Origin: a virus
Taxonomy: Duplodnaviria > Caudoviricetes
Reading direction: 5' to 3' (one strand)
IMG/VR virus record: IMGVR_UViG_3300033405_000065
Coordinates: 1-26,612 of that record
Length of the DNA: 26,612 nt
The notes beneath the pieces are model-generated. The model ran no database searches. It was given only the letters and a program-made list of their open reading frames with translations, and was not told the DNA's origin. Positions 16,562-26,378 of the stretch are shown here, piece by piece (the first letter of the stretch is position 1; every line of letters starts with the position of its first letter). A program made the translations under genes and the position numbers.

Positions 16562-17305
16562 ATGCCAAAGCAATTCTTCTTCGGGGCCGGGGCCCTTTAC
16601 GGGCTGGACAATTCCACCCCGACTCCCACCCCCGTCAAATTCGGCACCTTGCAGGACGTCTCGGTGGAATTCTCCGCGGACGTCAAGGAACTTTACGGCG
16701 CCAACCAGTTTCCCGCCCATATCGGCCGGGGCAAGAACAAGATCACCTGCAAGGCCAAGCTGGGCCAGATCCAGGGCGCCATGCTGAACGTCCTCTATTT
16801 TGGGCTGCCCAAGAACACCGGCGAGCTGCTGTCGGCCCAGAAGGAGGCGGCCCAGATCCCGGCCGCTACGCCCTTCACGGTCACCGTGGCCAACGGCGCC
16901 GCCTTCGCCCAAAATCTGGGGGTGGTCTATGCCGCCACCGGCGCCCCCCTGACCCAGGTCCCCAGCGCCCCCGTGGCCGGGCAATACAGCGTGGGCGCCG
17001 GCGGGATCTACACCTTTGCCGCGGCCGACGAAGGCGCAGCCATCCTCATCGACTACCTTTACACCTCGGCCACCACCGGGGGCACCATCGCCATCAGCAA
17101 CCAGCCGATGGGCCTGGCGCCCACTTTTAAGGCAGTCTTGACCGGCGTCACCGACGGCAAGACCATGACCCTGATCCTCAACCAGTGCATCAGCAGCAAG
17201 TTGACGCTGCCCACCAAGAACGAGGATCACCTGATCGTGGAATTCGACTTTTCGGCGATGGCGGACGACAACGACCAGGTCGGCACATTAACGGTGACGG
17301 AGTAG
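16562..17305 (+). CDS. Major tail (tube) protein
   Basis: AGGAGG RBS; 247 aa, beta-rich; FGTLQDVSVEFSADVKELYG; located before chaperone and tape measure. Confidence 0.8.
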   Translation: MPKQFFFGAGALYGLDNSTPTPTPVKFGTLQDVSVEFSADVKELYGANQFPAHIGRGKNKITCKAKLGQIQGAMLNVLYFGLPKNTGELLSAQKEAAQIPAATPFTVTVANGAAFAQNLGVVYAATGAPLTQVPSAPVAGQYSVGAGGIYTFAAADEGAAILIDYLYTSATTGGTIAISNQPMGLAPTFKAVLTGVTDGKTMTLILNQCISSKLTLPTKNEDHLIVEFDFSAMADDNDQVGTLTVTE

Positions 17306-17311
17306 GCAAGA

Positions 17312-17377
17312 CAGTGATCAGTAATCAGTGGCCAGTGATCAGTAAAGGCAAAAACTGATCACTGATTACTGATAACT
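17312..17377 (+). repeat. Heptamer-array inverted repeat (CAGTGAT)-like x4 ... (ACTGATH)x3
   Basis: Arms 17312-17343 and 17354-17377; the loop is exactly AAAGGCAAAA. Confidence 0.9.
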
Positions 17378-17681
17378 TGGAGACCATAATGGAACCGAAA
17401 CTCGACGGCGTGCCGCTGCGCCTGGGGGATAAAGATTACGTCCTGCCGCCGCTCAACCTGGCGGCCCTGGAGAAATACTGGCCGGTGATCGAGTCCTGGG
17501 GCGAGCCGCCGGCATCACTGGTGCAGCGCCTCTCCGAGGCGGCGGAGTTGCTGCACGCCGCGCTTTTGCGCAATTATCCGGAGCTCACCCTGGCCGAGGT
17601 AAAGGAGGGCCTGGACCTGGCCTCGTTTCCGGCCATCCTGCCCCAGCTCCTGGAGGTGAGCGGCCTGACTCGGCGCCCCCC

Positions 17682-17969
<288 letters not shown>

Positions 17970-18021
17970 CTTTTTACAGAGACAGCAAACAGAAAACAGT
18001 AAACAGAAAATAGGCTTTCCT

Positions 18022-19592
18022 ATGGCTGACGACTCCCAAATCGAAGTTCTCATAAGCGCCCAAGCCGACGCATTGAAAGACGGCATGGAGCAGGCCAAGA
18101 CCGCGGTGAGCGACGCCACCGCCGAAATGAAGGCCTCCCTGGAGCAGGTATCGGCGGCGAGCGCCGTCAGCGCCTCTTCCATCATAGAGTCCATGAAGCG
18201 GGGCGGGGGGGCGGCGGCGGCAGCGGCCGGATGGAGGAATGGCGGCAGGAATTGGAGGAGATCAAGGAAGAGGGAAACCTCCTGGAGCAATCCAAGGCCC
18301 AGGAGCGCGCCTTCTGGCAGGAGAAGTTAAATCTCTGTGAGCAAGGCTCCGCGGATTACCGCCAGGTGAAGCACCGGCTCTACGAGCTGGACGTGGCCGA
18401 CGCCAAACAAGCGGTGCAGCTGCAAATCGCCCAGATCAAGGAGCAGATGGCCGGCGAAAAGGAATCCTGGACCCAGCGCCTGGCCGATCAGGACCGGATC
18501 GTCGCCATCAACGCCCAGTCCTACGGCAAGGATAGCCTGAATTATCAAAACGCGGTGAACGAGAAAAAGAAGATGCAGGAGGAGGCGGACAAGGCGGACC
18601 GGGAGTTGGCCGATAAGCGCCTGGAAAATTCCCTCAAGCTGGCCCGGATGGATATTGAGGCGCAGAAGGAGAAATATAAGCAGGAAAAGGACTTGGGCTT
18701 GATCTCCGCCAGCGAGGAACTGGTCCTGGTTAAGGCCCTGAAAGAGCAGGAGATCGCCCTGGAGAAGCAAAACTTCGAGCAGCGCCAGACCATCTGGACC
18801 CAGTACCCCAAGAAGATGGCCGAGATCCTGCAAGAGGTCCAGGTCGCCGAGAAAAAGAACGCCCTGGAAATCCAGAAGATAGAGGCCCAGGCGGCCCAGG
18901 ACGTGGAGAATAAGTGGAAGGCGGCCCTGGCCCCCATCGATTCGGCCATGACCACCGCCATCAACGGCATGATCCAGGGCACCCAGAACCTGCAAAGGGT
19001 GGTGGGCCATATCCTCCAGGACATCCTCGCCTCGTATATCAACCTGGCCGCCAGGAGCCTGCAGAACTGGATCGCCACCGAGGCGGCCAAGCTGCTGTCC
19101 ACCCAAACCACCTCCGCCCAGGTGGTCGCCGCGGAAACCGCGGCCGCCCCTGAAGCCGACGCGGCCCAGGCCCTGGCCGACATTCAGGCGATCCAGGGCT
19201 CCGCGGCCCAGGGCGCCGCGGCCGCCTATGCGGCCATGGCCGGCATCCCGGTGGTGGGGCCGGAAATGGGGGCGGAGGCCGCGGCCCAAACCTATGCGGC
19301 CATCATGGCCTATGCGGGGATGGTCCCCGCCGCCGCGGGCGGCTGGGACGTGCCCGCCGACTCTCTGGCCTACCTCCACAAACAGGAGATGGTCCTCCCC
19401 GCCTCCCTGGCCGAGGGGGTACGGGGCCTGGTGGCCGGCGGCGGGCGGGATGCCCGCCCCACGGGCGGCGACGTTCACTTTCACGTCAGCGCCATGGATG
19501 GCAACTCCGTCAAAAGTTTCTTCAAGAACAACCGCAACCACGTGGCCGAGGCGGTCAAATCCGCCATGCGCGACGGCCGGAGATTGAAATGA
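18022..19592 (+). CDS. Tape measure protein, split across two frames at a G7 tract
   Basis: MADDSQIEVLISAQADALKDG N-terminus; coiled-coil/Ala-rich body in the -1 frame; C-terminal AAGGWDVP...LHKQEMVLP; position after chaperones. Confidence 0.8.
19440..19462 (-). repeat. GTGG REP-like palindrome in frame in tape measure
   Basis: Minus strand reads GTGGGGCGGGCATCCCGCCCGCC; + strand encodes GGRDARPT. Confidence 0.65.
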
Positions 19593-19600
19593 CCTGGCAT

Positions 19601-19670
19601 GTAGGGTGGGCATGGGCCCACCAATTCCTTTTGCCTTTAACTTTGAACTCTGAACTTTGAACCTTGAACT
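19601..19670 (+). repeat. GTAG palindrome, TTTTGCCTTT and solo 3' arm (AACTTTG)x4
   Basis: GTAGGGTGGGCATGGGCCCACC at 19601-19622; array at 19639-19670 matches 173-204. Confidence 0.85.
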
Positions 19671-19679
19671 GAGCCTTTT

Positions 19680-20285
19680 ATGAGCGACGCCATCTTCCCC
19701 ATGCTCCGGGGCTTCACCTATCCGGTGATCAAAAAGCCCACCTTCTCCACCATCGAGCAGGAGGCGGTGAGCGGCATTAAAAAGCACATCGCCAACTGGG
19801 TCTATCCCCGCTGGCAGATCGAGATCCCGGTGGAATTCCTGCTGGACGACGTGGCCCACGACGAGCTGAAGACCCTGGTGGGCTTCTTCCTGGCCCGCCA
19901 GGGGCGCTTCGACAGCTTTCTCTTCGACGATCCCGATGACGATTTTATTGCCGGGCAGGAGATCGGGATCGGGGACGGCGCCGCCACCGCCTGGCAACTG
20001 GTGCGGGCCTACGGCGGCTTTATCGAGCCCTGCCTGAATATCAAGAGCGCCCCGGTCCCGGTGGTCTATCTCAGCGGCGCGGCCCAGGCCCCCTCGACAT
20101 ACGCCATCACCTATACCAACTCGGGGCTGCTCACCTTCACCGCGGCCCCGGCCGCGGGCGCGGTGATCACCGCCGACTTCGGCTACTACTGGCGCTGCAT
20201 CTTCCAGGAGGATTTAAGCGAGTTCGACAAGTTTATGAACCAGCTTTGGGAGCACAAGGGAGTCAAGATAGAGACCGTGAAGTAG
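19680..20285 (+). CDS. DUF2460-like distal tail protein
   Basis: KKPTFST, GFFLARQGRFDSFLFDDP, IGIGDG and GAVITADF; follows tape measure. Confidence 0.8.
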   Translation: MSDAIFPMLRGFTYPVIKKPTFSTIEQEAVSGIKKHIANWVYPRWQIEIPVEFLLDDVAHDELKTLVGFFLARQGRFDSFLFDDPDDDFIAGQEIGIGDGAATAWQLVRAYGGFIEPCLNIKSAPVPVVYLSGAAQAPSTYAITYTNSGLLTFTAAPAAGAVITADFGYYWRCIFQEDLSEFDKFMNQLWEHKGVKIETVK

Positions 20286-20332
20286 GGGCTGGTAGGGGCG
20301 GGTTTAAAACCCGCCCTTACACCCGCCCCTAC
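20282..20332 (+). repeat. Nested GTAG REP-like palindrome
   Basis: GTAGGGGCGGGTTTAAAACCCGCCCTTAC followed by a duplicated ACCCGCCCCTAC. Confidence 0.8.
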
Positions 20333-20363
20333 TGGCGCCTCTGCGGTGAATGGGAGACTCGCC

Positions 20364-20618
20364 ATGAAAATTGCCCTGATTTCATTCTTCTGCTATGCGG
20401 TCGGCTTGCTTTGCGGCTTTGTCCTGGCCGCCGTGCTGGGGGCCAGGGCCGCGGCCGCTTACGGCGAGCGCCTGCGGCGCCAGATTGCCGAGGAGGCCCT
20501 GGAGCACGATTACGGAACCTTGGATTCGCCTTTGACTTTAACCGCAAACCGCAAACCGCAAACCGGCCCTTATGAAATCCGTCACCTCAGCCCTGGTCGA
20601 TCTCCTCCGCAGCCGTGA
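20364..20618 (+). CDS. Small membrane protein with N-terminal TM helix, 84 aa
   Basis: GGGAG RBS; MKIALISFFCYAVGLLCGFVLAAVLG; 3' part runs through (AACCGCA)x3 and overlaps the next gene. Confidence 0.5.
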   Translation: MKIALISFFCYAVGLLCGFVLAAVLGARAAAAYGERLRRQIAEEALEHDYGTLDSPLTLTANRKPQTGPYEIRHLSPGRSPPQP

Positions 20619-21501
20619 TCCGGTGCTGGCCTTCGACCTCTATCAATTCACACTGCCCGGCGACACGGTGCTCTATTACGGCACCGCCGACGTGCCCATC
20701 GTTTATAACGGCAACACCTACGGCGGCTCCGTGCGCTTCGACCGCTCCCAGATCGATCTGAAGGCCGGCCTGGAGGCGGACAGCCTTACGGTCAAGGCCT
20801 ACGCCAGCCCCACCGATCTGGTCAACGGCGTCCCCTTCCATCAATTCCTGCGCCAGGGCGGATTCGACAACGCCTATCTGCTCCTGCAGCGCGCCTTCTA
20901 TCCGCACCCCGGAGGCTTGTTCGTGGACGGCTGGTTTACCCCTCCTGGCTGGCTGCTGGCCGGGCAGGCCATCGGGGCGCCCACCGGCGTCGTCTGGCTC
21001 TTCTCCGGCTTGGTCACCGAGGTCATCACCGGCGGCCTGACGGCCCAGATCAAGATAGATTCGCACCTCTACACCCTGGACCGGAAGATTCCCCGCAACC
21101 TTTACCAGCACCTCTGCAACCATGTCCTCTACGGCCAGGACTGCGGGCTGAACGGGGCCTCGTATGCGGTGCCGGGCGACGCCCAGGCCGGGAGCACCAT
21201 CTTTCAGATAGTCACCAACCTGACCGGCTATGTGGCCGGCTATTTTAGCCTGGGGAAGCTCCAATTCACCTCCGGGGCCCTCCAGGGGACCTGGATCGGC
21301 ATCCAAACGCAGGTGGGCGCCGGTTCGCAAGCTGTGACCTTCATCCTAACGCCGCCGCTCCTGGCACCGCCGGCCCCGGGCGACGCCTTCACCGTTTGGC
21401 CCGGCTGCGACCGGGCGCTCAGCACTTGCCGGAACAAATTTAACAATGTCCTCAATTTCCGCGGTTTCCCCTGGATTCCGGTGCCGGAAACCGCGGATTA
21501 G
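20572..21501 (+). CDS. DUF2163 / BR0599-like tail hub protein
   Basis: PRNLYQHLCNHVLYGQDCGL and GDAFTVWPGCDRALSTCRNKFNNVLNFRGFPWIP Cys motifs. Confidence 0.85.
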   Translation: MKSVTSALVDLLRSRDPVLAFDLYQFTLPGDTVLYYGTADVPIVYNGNTYGGSVRFDRSQIDLKAGLEADSLTVKAYASPTDLVNGVPFHQFLRQGGFDNAYLLLQRAFYPHPGGLFVDGWFTPPGWLLAGQAIGAPTGVVWLFSGLVTEVITGGLTAQIKIDSHLYTLDRKIPRNLYQHLCNHVLYGQDCGLNGASYAVPGDAQAGSTIFQIVTNLTGYVAGYFSLGKLQFTSGALQGTWIGIQTQVGAGSQAVTFILTPPLLAPPAPGDAFTVWPGCDRALSTCRNKFNNVLNFRGFPWIPVPETAD

Positions 21502-21503
21502 GG

Positions 21504-21555
21504 GCAGGGGCGGGTTTTAAACCCGCCCCTACACCGAAAACCGGAAACCGGAAAC
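21504..21555 (+). repeat. REP-like palindrome plus (ACCGGAA)-like x3
   Basis: GCAGGGGCGGGTTTTAAACCCGCCCCTAC, then array at 21533-21555. Confidence 0.8.
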
Positions 21556-21564
21556 GGGGTTAAT

Positions 21565-22026
21565 ATGACTATCCTGGAATCAGCCCAGCGCCAGGCGGTC
21601 CTCTCCGTCGCCGAGTCCTGGATCGGCACGCCCTTCCATCACCAGGGCCGGGTCAAGGGGCGCCAGGGCGGCGTCGATTGCGCCATGCTGCTCCTGGAGG
21701 TCTTTTTGAGTGCCGGGGTCATTGACGCCAAACTCGCCGGGCGGCGCTTCTCCTACTCCCAGCAATGGCACCTGCACCGGGAGCAGGAGCGCTATCTGGA
21801 GATGGTCCGGAGTCTCGGTGGCCGGGAGATCACCACCCCCTTGCACGGTGACATCGCGGTCTGGAAGATCGGCCGGGCCTATTCCCACGGGGCCATCGTG
21901 CTCCTCTGGCCTTGTATCATCCATGCCGCGGCCGCGCCCGTCGGCGCCTGTGTCCTGGACAATGCCTACTCCTCGGCCCTGAACCTTAGCCAATTTCCGG
22001 TGAAGTTCTTTACTGCCTGGCCGTAA
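21565..22026 (+). CDS. NlpC/P60-family tail-associated peptidase
   Basis: AESWIGTPFHHQGR...GVDC and SHGAI...IIHA motifs. Confidence 0.85.
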   Translation: MTILESAQRQAVLSVAESWIGTPFHHQGRVKGRQGGVDCAMLLLEVFLSAGVIDAKLAGRRFSYSQQWHLHREQERYLEMVRSLGGREITTPLHGDIAVWKIGRAYSHGAIVLLWPCIIHAAAAPVGACVLDNAYSSALNLSQFPVKFFTAWP

Positions 22027-22092
22027 GGAAGGCAAACTTGGCCTTTAAATTTCACCGAAAACCGGAAACCGGCAGCAACAAGGAGCGTATCC

Positions 22093-22296
22093 ATGAAGGA
22101 AAACGGGACTGTGAAATGGTTCAATGACGCCAGGGGCTACGGCTTCATCAGCCGGCCCGGCAGCGACGACCTCTTCGTCCACTACACCGCCATCGAGGGG
22201 GACGGCTACAAGAGCCTGATCGAAGGCCAGGAGGTAGAGTTCGAGGTGGCCGAGGGCAAAAAGGGCCTCCAGGCCATCAATGTAAGCAAAAGATAG
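22093..22296 (+). CDS. csp: Cold-shock protein (CspA family)
   Basis: GTVKWFN, RNP1-like RGYGFI, RNP2-like LFVHY; AAGGAG RBS. Confidence 0.95.
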   Translation: MKENGTVKWFNDARGYGFISRPGSDDLFVHYTAIEGDGYKSLIEGQEVEFEVAEGKKGLQAINVSKR

Positions 22297-22401
22297 CTGT
22301 CAGCTTTCAGCAGTAGGGGCGCGGTTAAAACCCGCCCCTCCGCCCAGGCAAAACCTTTGCCTTTGCTTTTAACCAAAAACCGAAGACCGAAAACCGAAAA
22401 C
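22295..22401 (+). repeat. Composite: (AGCTKTC)x2, GTAG palindrome, TTTGCCTTT, (ACCGAAA)-like x4
   Basis: GTAGGGGCGCGGTTAAAACCCGCCCCT at 22313-22339; array at 22372-22401. Confidence 0.75.
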
Positions 22402-22409
22402 AGGCATTT

Positions 22410-25400
22410 ATGTCCGGATTGATGGGCGACTCCGCCGCGGGCACCAGCGGTCGCGCCGCGGCCAAAACCAGCACCCTCCAGGCCTCCTACCGCGTCACCA
22501 CCGCGGTGGAGGGCCTGGCGATCCCCATCCTCTATGGGCGCAACCGCCTCCAACCCAACATCTTCTTCACCTGGGGCTGGCAGGCAATCGCCCAGCCATC
22601 CCCTTCCCAGAGCATGGGCAAAGGCGGGGGCAGCCCCCCCGCGGGGGGCGTCCAGTATGTCTATACCATCTATGCCCTTTTCGGCCTCTGCGAAGGGCTG
22701 GTCAGCGCCATCGGCATCAATTGGAACGACAAGACCAAAATCTACCAGTTCAGCGCCGCGGGCCTGGCCTCCGGCGCCCGGCCCCAGCCCCCGGTCCCCG
22801 TCCTCCTGAGCGGGGCGCCCGCTCAAGCTCTGGGCTATTACGGCACCGCCTTTTACTTTGGGAACATTTATCTTGGCAGCGGCAACTCCATGCCCAACCT
22901 GTCCTGGGAGTGCTACGGGCCGCTTCCCTATACCGTTCCCAAGACCGTGACCGGCGAATCCAATGCCCTGTCGCCGCCTCAAACCTTCACCACCTCCATG
23001 ATCCTGCCGCCCGGCACCTTTGACCCGCTACTTAATCAGGTCCTTTTCTTCCCGCCGTACTTGCCTCCCGGATCCCTGCTTTTTACTCCTCTATCCGTGA
23101 CCCTGACCAACAGGCTTTATAATGGGCTGCCGGAGCCTGATTTAGTCCTTACCCAGGGAACCTGGCAGTATTCCGGCTCCCCCGAGCCGGGGACCTATTG
23201 GGTTGACCCGATGGGGACCGGCGATTACACCTTCTGTCCCCTGGATTCGGGAACCGTGATCTTTTCTTATGCATTGGCCCCGCCCACCTATACAATCATG
23301 GCCCAGTGCCTTGGCACCTGCACCGAGGAATATACCCTCCCCGACGACAACCCGGTCCTCGTGGTCAACAACGCCTTATACGCCGGAGACGCCGGCGTCA
23401 CCCTGAACGACGTCCCCCTCACCCCGATTCCGTATGCGCAGCCGAACCCCATATACCCCCCGGTGGTGGGCCAGGGGCAATATACCGCGTCCTCCGGCAG
23501 TTACTGGTTCTCACCCCTTGACGTGGGCGACCTGTGCATCACCTATTACTGTGCCCTGCCCGCCGGCGCCACGATCTCCCCCAGCGGCAACGTCTGGGTG
23601 TCCGACGCCGGCGCCACCTATGACGACGGCACTGCCCTCACCCTGGTCCCCGGCGTTCCTACCGCGGCCGGTCAATACTCCGTCAGCGCCGGCACTTACA
23701 CCTTCTCCGGCTGGGACTCCGGCCGCACCATCCTGCTTAATTACGCCTATAACACGCTGCTCGACTCCAACCCGGCCGATTTCCTCCCCGACCTGCTCAC
23801 CTCGCCCGATTACGGCGCGGGCTTCGACCCCGCCAAAATCGGCGATCTCAGCCAGTTTTCCGACTACTGCCTGGCCAACGATTTCCTCTTATCTCCCGTT
23901 CTCGACGAGCAGCAGGAGGCCCGGGAGCAGGTCGCCGACATCCTCAAACTCCTCAACACCCAGGTCGTCTGGTGCGAAGACCAGCTCAAGTTCATTCCGC
24001 TGGGGGACCAGGTCGTAGAGAGCGCCAGGACCGGCGTCACCTTCACTCCCGACCTCACGCCGGTCCTCGATCTCACCGAAGACGATTTCTTGAGCGACGA
24101 CAACAACGACCCGATCCAGATCACCCGCACCCCCCAGGCCGACGCCTATAACCAGGTGCAGCTCGAATACCTGGACCGCTACGCCGACTACAATACCACC
24201 ATCTACACCGCCAACAACCAGGCGGCCCAGGACGTCTACGGCCTGCGGCCGGCCGACGTCGTCATGGCCCATGCCATCACCGATCCCACGGTGGCGGCCC
24301 TGGTGGCTGCCAATATCCTGCAATATTGCCTCTATGCCCGGAACACTTACCAGTTCAAGCTGGGCGTCATCGCCAATATTTTAGAGCCCGGCGACTGGAT
24401 CACCGTCACCTGCCCCCGCCTCGGGCTAAATCAGATGCCCCTCAGGGTCACCGAGATCTCCGAGGATGACCAGATGACCTCCACGGTCACGGCGCTGGAA
24501 TGGCCCATCGGCGCCGCCCAGGCCCCCACCTTCCCCACCCAGAACCGCTCGCCTCTGCTCATCAATTACAACGCCGCGCCAATGGACTGCAACCCGCCGG
24601 TCATCTTCGAGCCGCCCCTGGGACTGAGCGACAATCTTTCGGTCTGGATGGCGGTGAGCGGCGGCCCCAATTGGGGCGGCTGCCAGGTCTGGGTGTCGCT
24701 GGACCACGCCACTTATCAGCAGGCGGGCGTGGTCTCGGCCCCGGCGCGCACCGGCTCCCTTATTAACCCGCTCCCCGCCTCCCCCGATCCCGACCTCACC
24801 GACACCTTGGCGGTGGATCTGAGCGAGTCCCGAGGAGTGCTGCTTTCCGCCTCCCAGGTCGAGGCGGACGCCCTGGTGACCCTGTGCTACCTGTCCGGGG
24901 GCGCCGGCCTCCCCTCCGAACTCATCGCCTACCGGGACGCCCAGCTCGTCAGCGCTTCGATTTACCACCTGAACTACCTGCGCCGGGGCTGCTATGGCTA
25001 CGGCGGCACCGCAGGGACGGCCCACGCGGCAGGCGAGCGCTTCGCCCGCCTGGACGGCGCCGTCTTTAAACTCCCTTTCTTGGCCAACCAGATCGGCCAG
25101 ACCATCTATATTAAATTTCTTTCTTACAACCTGGTGGGTGGGGCTGTCCAGAGCCTAGCTGACGTGGATGCTTACCAATATCAGATCACCGGGAGCGCCC
25201 TCACCTCGCCGCTTCCGAATATCACCGGCCTGATGTCGGTGTACCAGAACAACCAGCTTTATCTCCAATGGAACGCCATCTCTCCCTCCCAGGACCCGCG
25301 TTACTCCCAGATCAATTACGAGATCCGCATGGGCGCCAGTTGGGCCACCGCCCAGGTCCTGGGCTGGGTGAGCGATCCGGAATTCCTGGTGGCGCAGCCT

Positions 25401-26261
25401 GGGACCTATTGGGTGGCGGCCCATTATGCATACGGCGGCATTACCCTGGCCTATTCGGCCGACCCCGCCGAGATCCAGGTGGGAAGCGTCACCCTCACGG
25501 TAAATAGCCTGGTGAGCCGGGACGAATTTGCCGAAGGCTGGCCCGGCACGCTCACCGGCCTCCAGGTGAGCGGCGGCGATCTGGCGCTGGGGGTGGGGCA
25601 GAGCGCGGGTTATTACACCATCCCGGCCGGCGAGATCCCGGATCTGGGCGCGGCCCAGGCTGCGGCGCTCGGTGGTTCCCTCGCCTTCAACAACGTGGTT
25701 CCCGGACCCTCTTTCGACGCCGCTCCCGACGTGGACGCCATCCCGGACGTGGATCAATACGATGCAGGGGCTGGAGGCCAATTCGACCAGGTGCCGGACG
25801 TGGACGCGGTTCCCGACTTCGACCAGGCCGGGGGCCCGCTGGCCCAGACCGCCCAGATCCAGGCGCAGTTCTCCCAGGACGGCAGCACCTGGGGGGACTG
25901 GCAGAATTTTATTCCGGGGACCTACGTATTTTGGAAGGTGAATTTCCGGCTGGCCCTGATCCAGGTGGTGCAAGGGAACGTGACTCTTAATCCCATGGTT
26001 ACCGACTTCGCCTGGTCAGTGGCCATGCCGGACCGGATCATTCAGGTGGGCTCCATATCGTGCCCCGCCACCGGGCTGGCCATCACCTTCACCCCGGCCT
26101 TTCAGATCACGCCGGCCATCGCGGTGACGATACTGAACTCCCAGCCTGGGGACGTGGTGACCTTCCCCACGGCCATCGGGCCGGCCGGGGGCACCATCAT
26201 GGTCACTAACGGCGGCGCCGGCGTGCTGCGTAACATCAGTTACATCGCCAAGGGCTATTAA
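22410..26261 (+). CDS. Large tail-tip / host-specificity protein (gpJ-like), 1283 aa
   Basis: IPILYGRNRL N-terminus, DSNPADFLPDLLT, YNQVQLEYLDR, LEPGDWITV and YLRRGCYG; follows hub and NlpC genes. Confidence 0.85.
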   Translation: MSGLMGDSAAGTSGRAAAKTSTLQASYRVTTAVEGLAIPILYGRNRLQPNIFFTWGWQAIAQPSPSQSMGKGGGSPPAGGVQYVYTIYALFGLCEGLVSAIGINWNDKTKIYQFSAAGLASGARPQPPVPVLLSGAPAQALGYYGTAFYFGNIYLGSGNSMPNLSWECYGPLPYTVPKTVTGESNALSPPQTFTTSMILPPGTFDPLLNQVLFFPPYLPPGSLLFTPLSVTLTNRLYNGLPEPDLVLTQGTWQYSGSPEPGTYWVDPMGTGDYTFCPLDSGTVIFSYALAPPTYTIMAQCLGTCTEEYTLPDDNPVLVVNNALYAGDAGVTLNDVPLTPIPYAQPNPIYPPVVGQGQYTASSGSYWFSPLDVGDLCITYYCALPAGATISPSGNVWVSDAGATYDDGTALTLVPGVPTAAGQYSVSAGTYTFSGWDSGRTILLNYAYNTLLDSNPADFLPDLLTSPDYGAGFDPAKIGDLSQFSDYCLANDFLLSPVLDEQQEAREQVADILKLLNTQVVWCEDQLKFIPLGDQVVESARTGVTFTPDLTPVLDLTEDDFLSDDNNDPIQITRTPQADAYNQVQLEYLDRYADYNTTIYTANNQAAQDVYGLRPADVVMAHAITDPTVAALVAANILQYCLYARNTYQFKLGVIANILEPGDWITVTCPRLGLNQMPLRVTEISEDDQMTSTVTALEWPIGAAQAPTFPTQNRSPLLINYNAAPMDCNPPVIFEPPLGLSDNLSVWMAVSGGPNWGGCQVWVSLDHATYQQAGVVSAPARTGSLINPLPASPDPDLTDTLAVDLSESRGVLLSASQVEADALVTLCYLSGGAGLPSELIAYRDAQLVSASIYHLNYLRRGCYGYGGTAGTAHAAGERFARLDGAVFKLPFLANQIGQTIYIKFLSYNLVGGAVQSLADVDAYQYQITGSALTSPLPNITGLMSVYQNNQLYLQWNAISPSQDPRYSQINYEIRMGASWATAQVLGWVSDPEFLVAQPGTYWVAAHYAYGGITLAYSADPAEIQVGSVTLTVNSLVSRDEFAEGWPGTLTGLQVSGGDLALGVGQSAGYYTIPAGEIPDLGAAQAAALGGSLAFNNVVPGPSFDAAPDVDAIPDVDQYDAGAGGQFDQVPDVDAVPDFDQAGGPLAQTAQIQAQFSQDGSTWGDWQNFIPGTYVFWKVNFRLALIQVVQGNVTLNPMVTDFAWSVAMPDRIIQVGSISCPATGLAITFTPAFQITPAIAVTILNSQPGDVVTFPTAIGPAGGTIMVTNGGAGVLRNISYIAKGY

Positions 26262-26262
26262 C

Positions 26263-26357
26263 CAGTGAGCAGTGATCAGTGAGCAGTAATCAATAAAACT
26301 AAAATTTCCGGGGTTTTTTTGCCTTTACTGCTCACTGCTCACTGCTCACTGCTCACT
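26263..26357 (+). repeat. Heptamer-array inverted repeat (CAGTGAG)-like x4 ... TTTTGCCTTT(ACTGCTC)x4
   Basis: Arms 26263-26291 and 26327-26357. Confidence 0.9.
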
Positions 26358-26378
26358 CTTTTAAAAGGAGATTCAACC

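Noticed and set aside
20364-20618. Holin or spanin
   Set aside because: One TM segment only and no adjacent endolysin, so evidence is insufficient.
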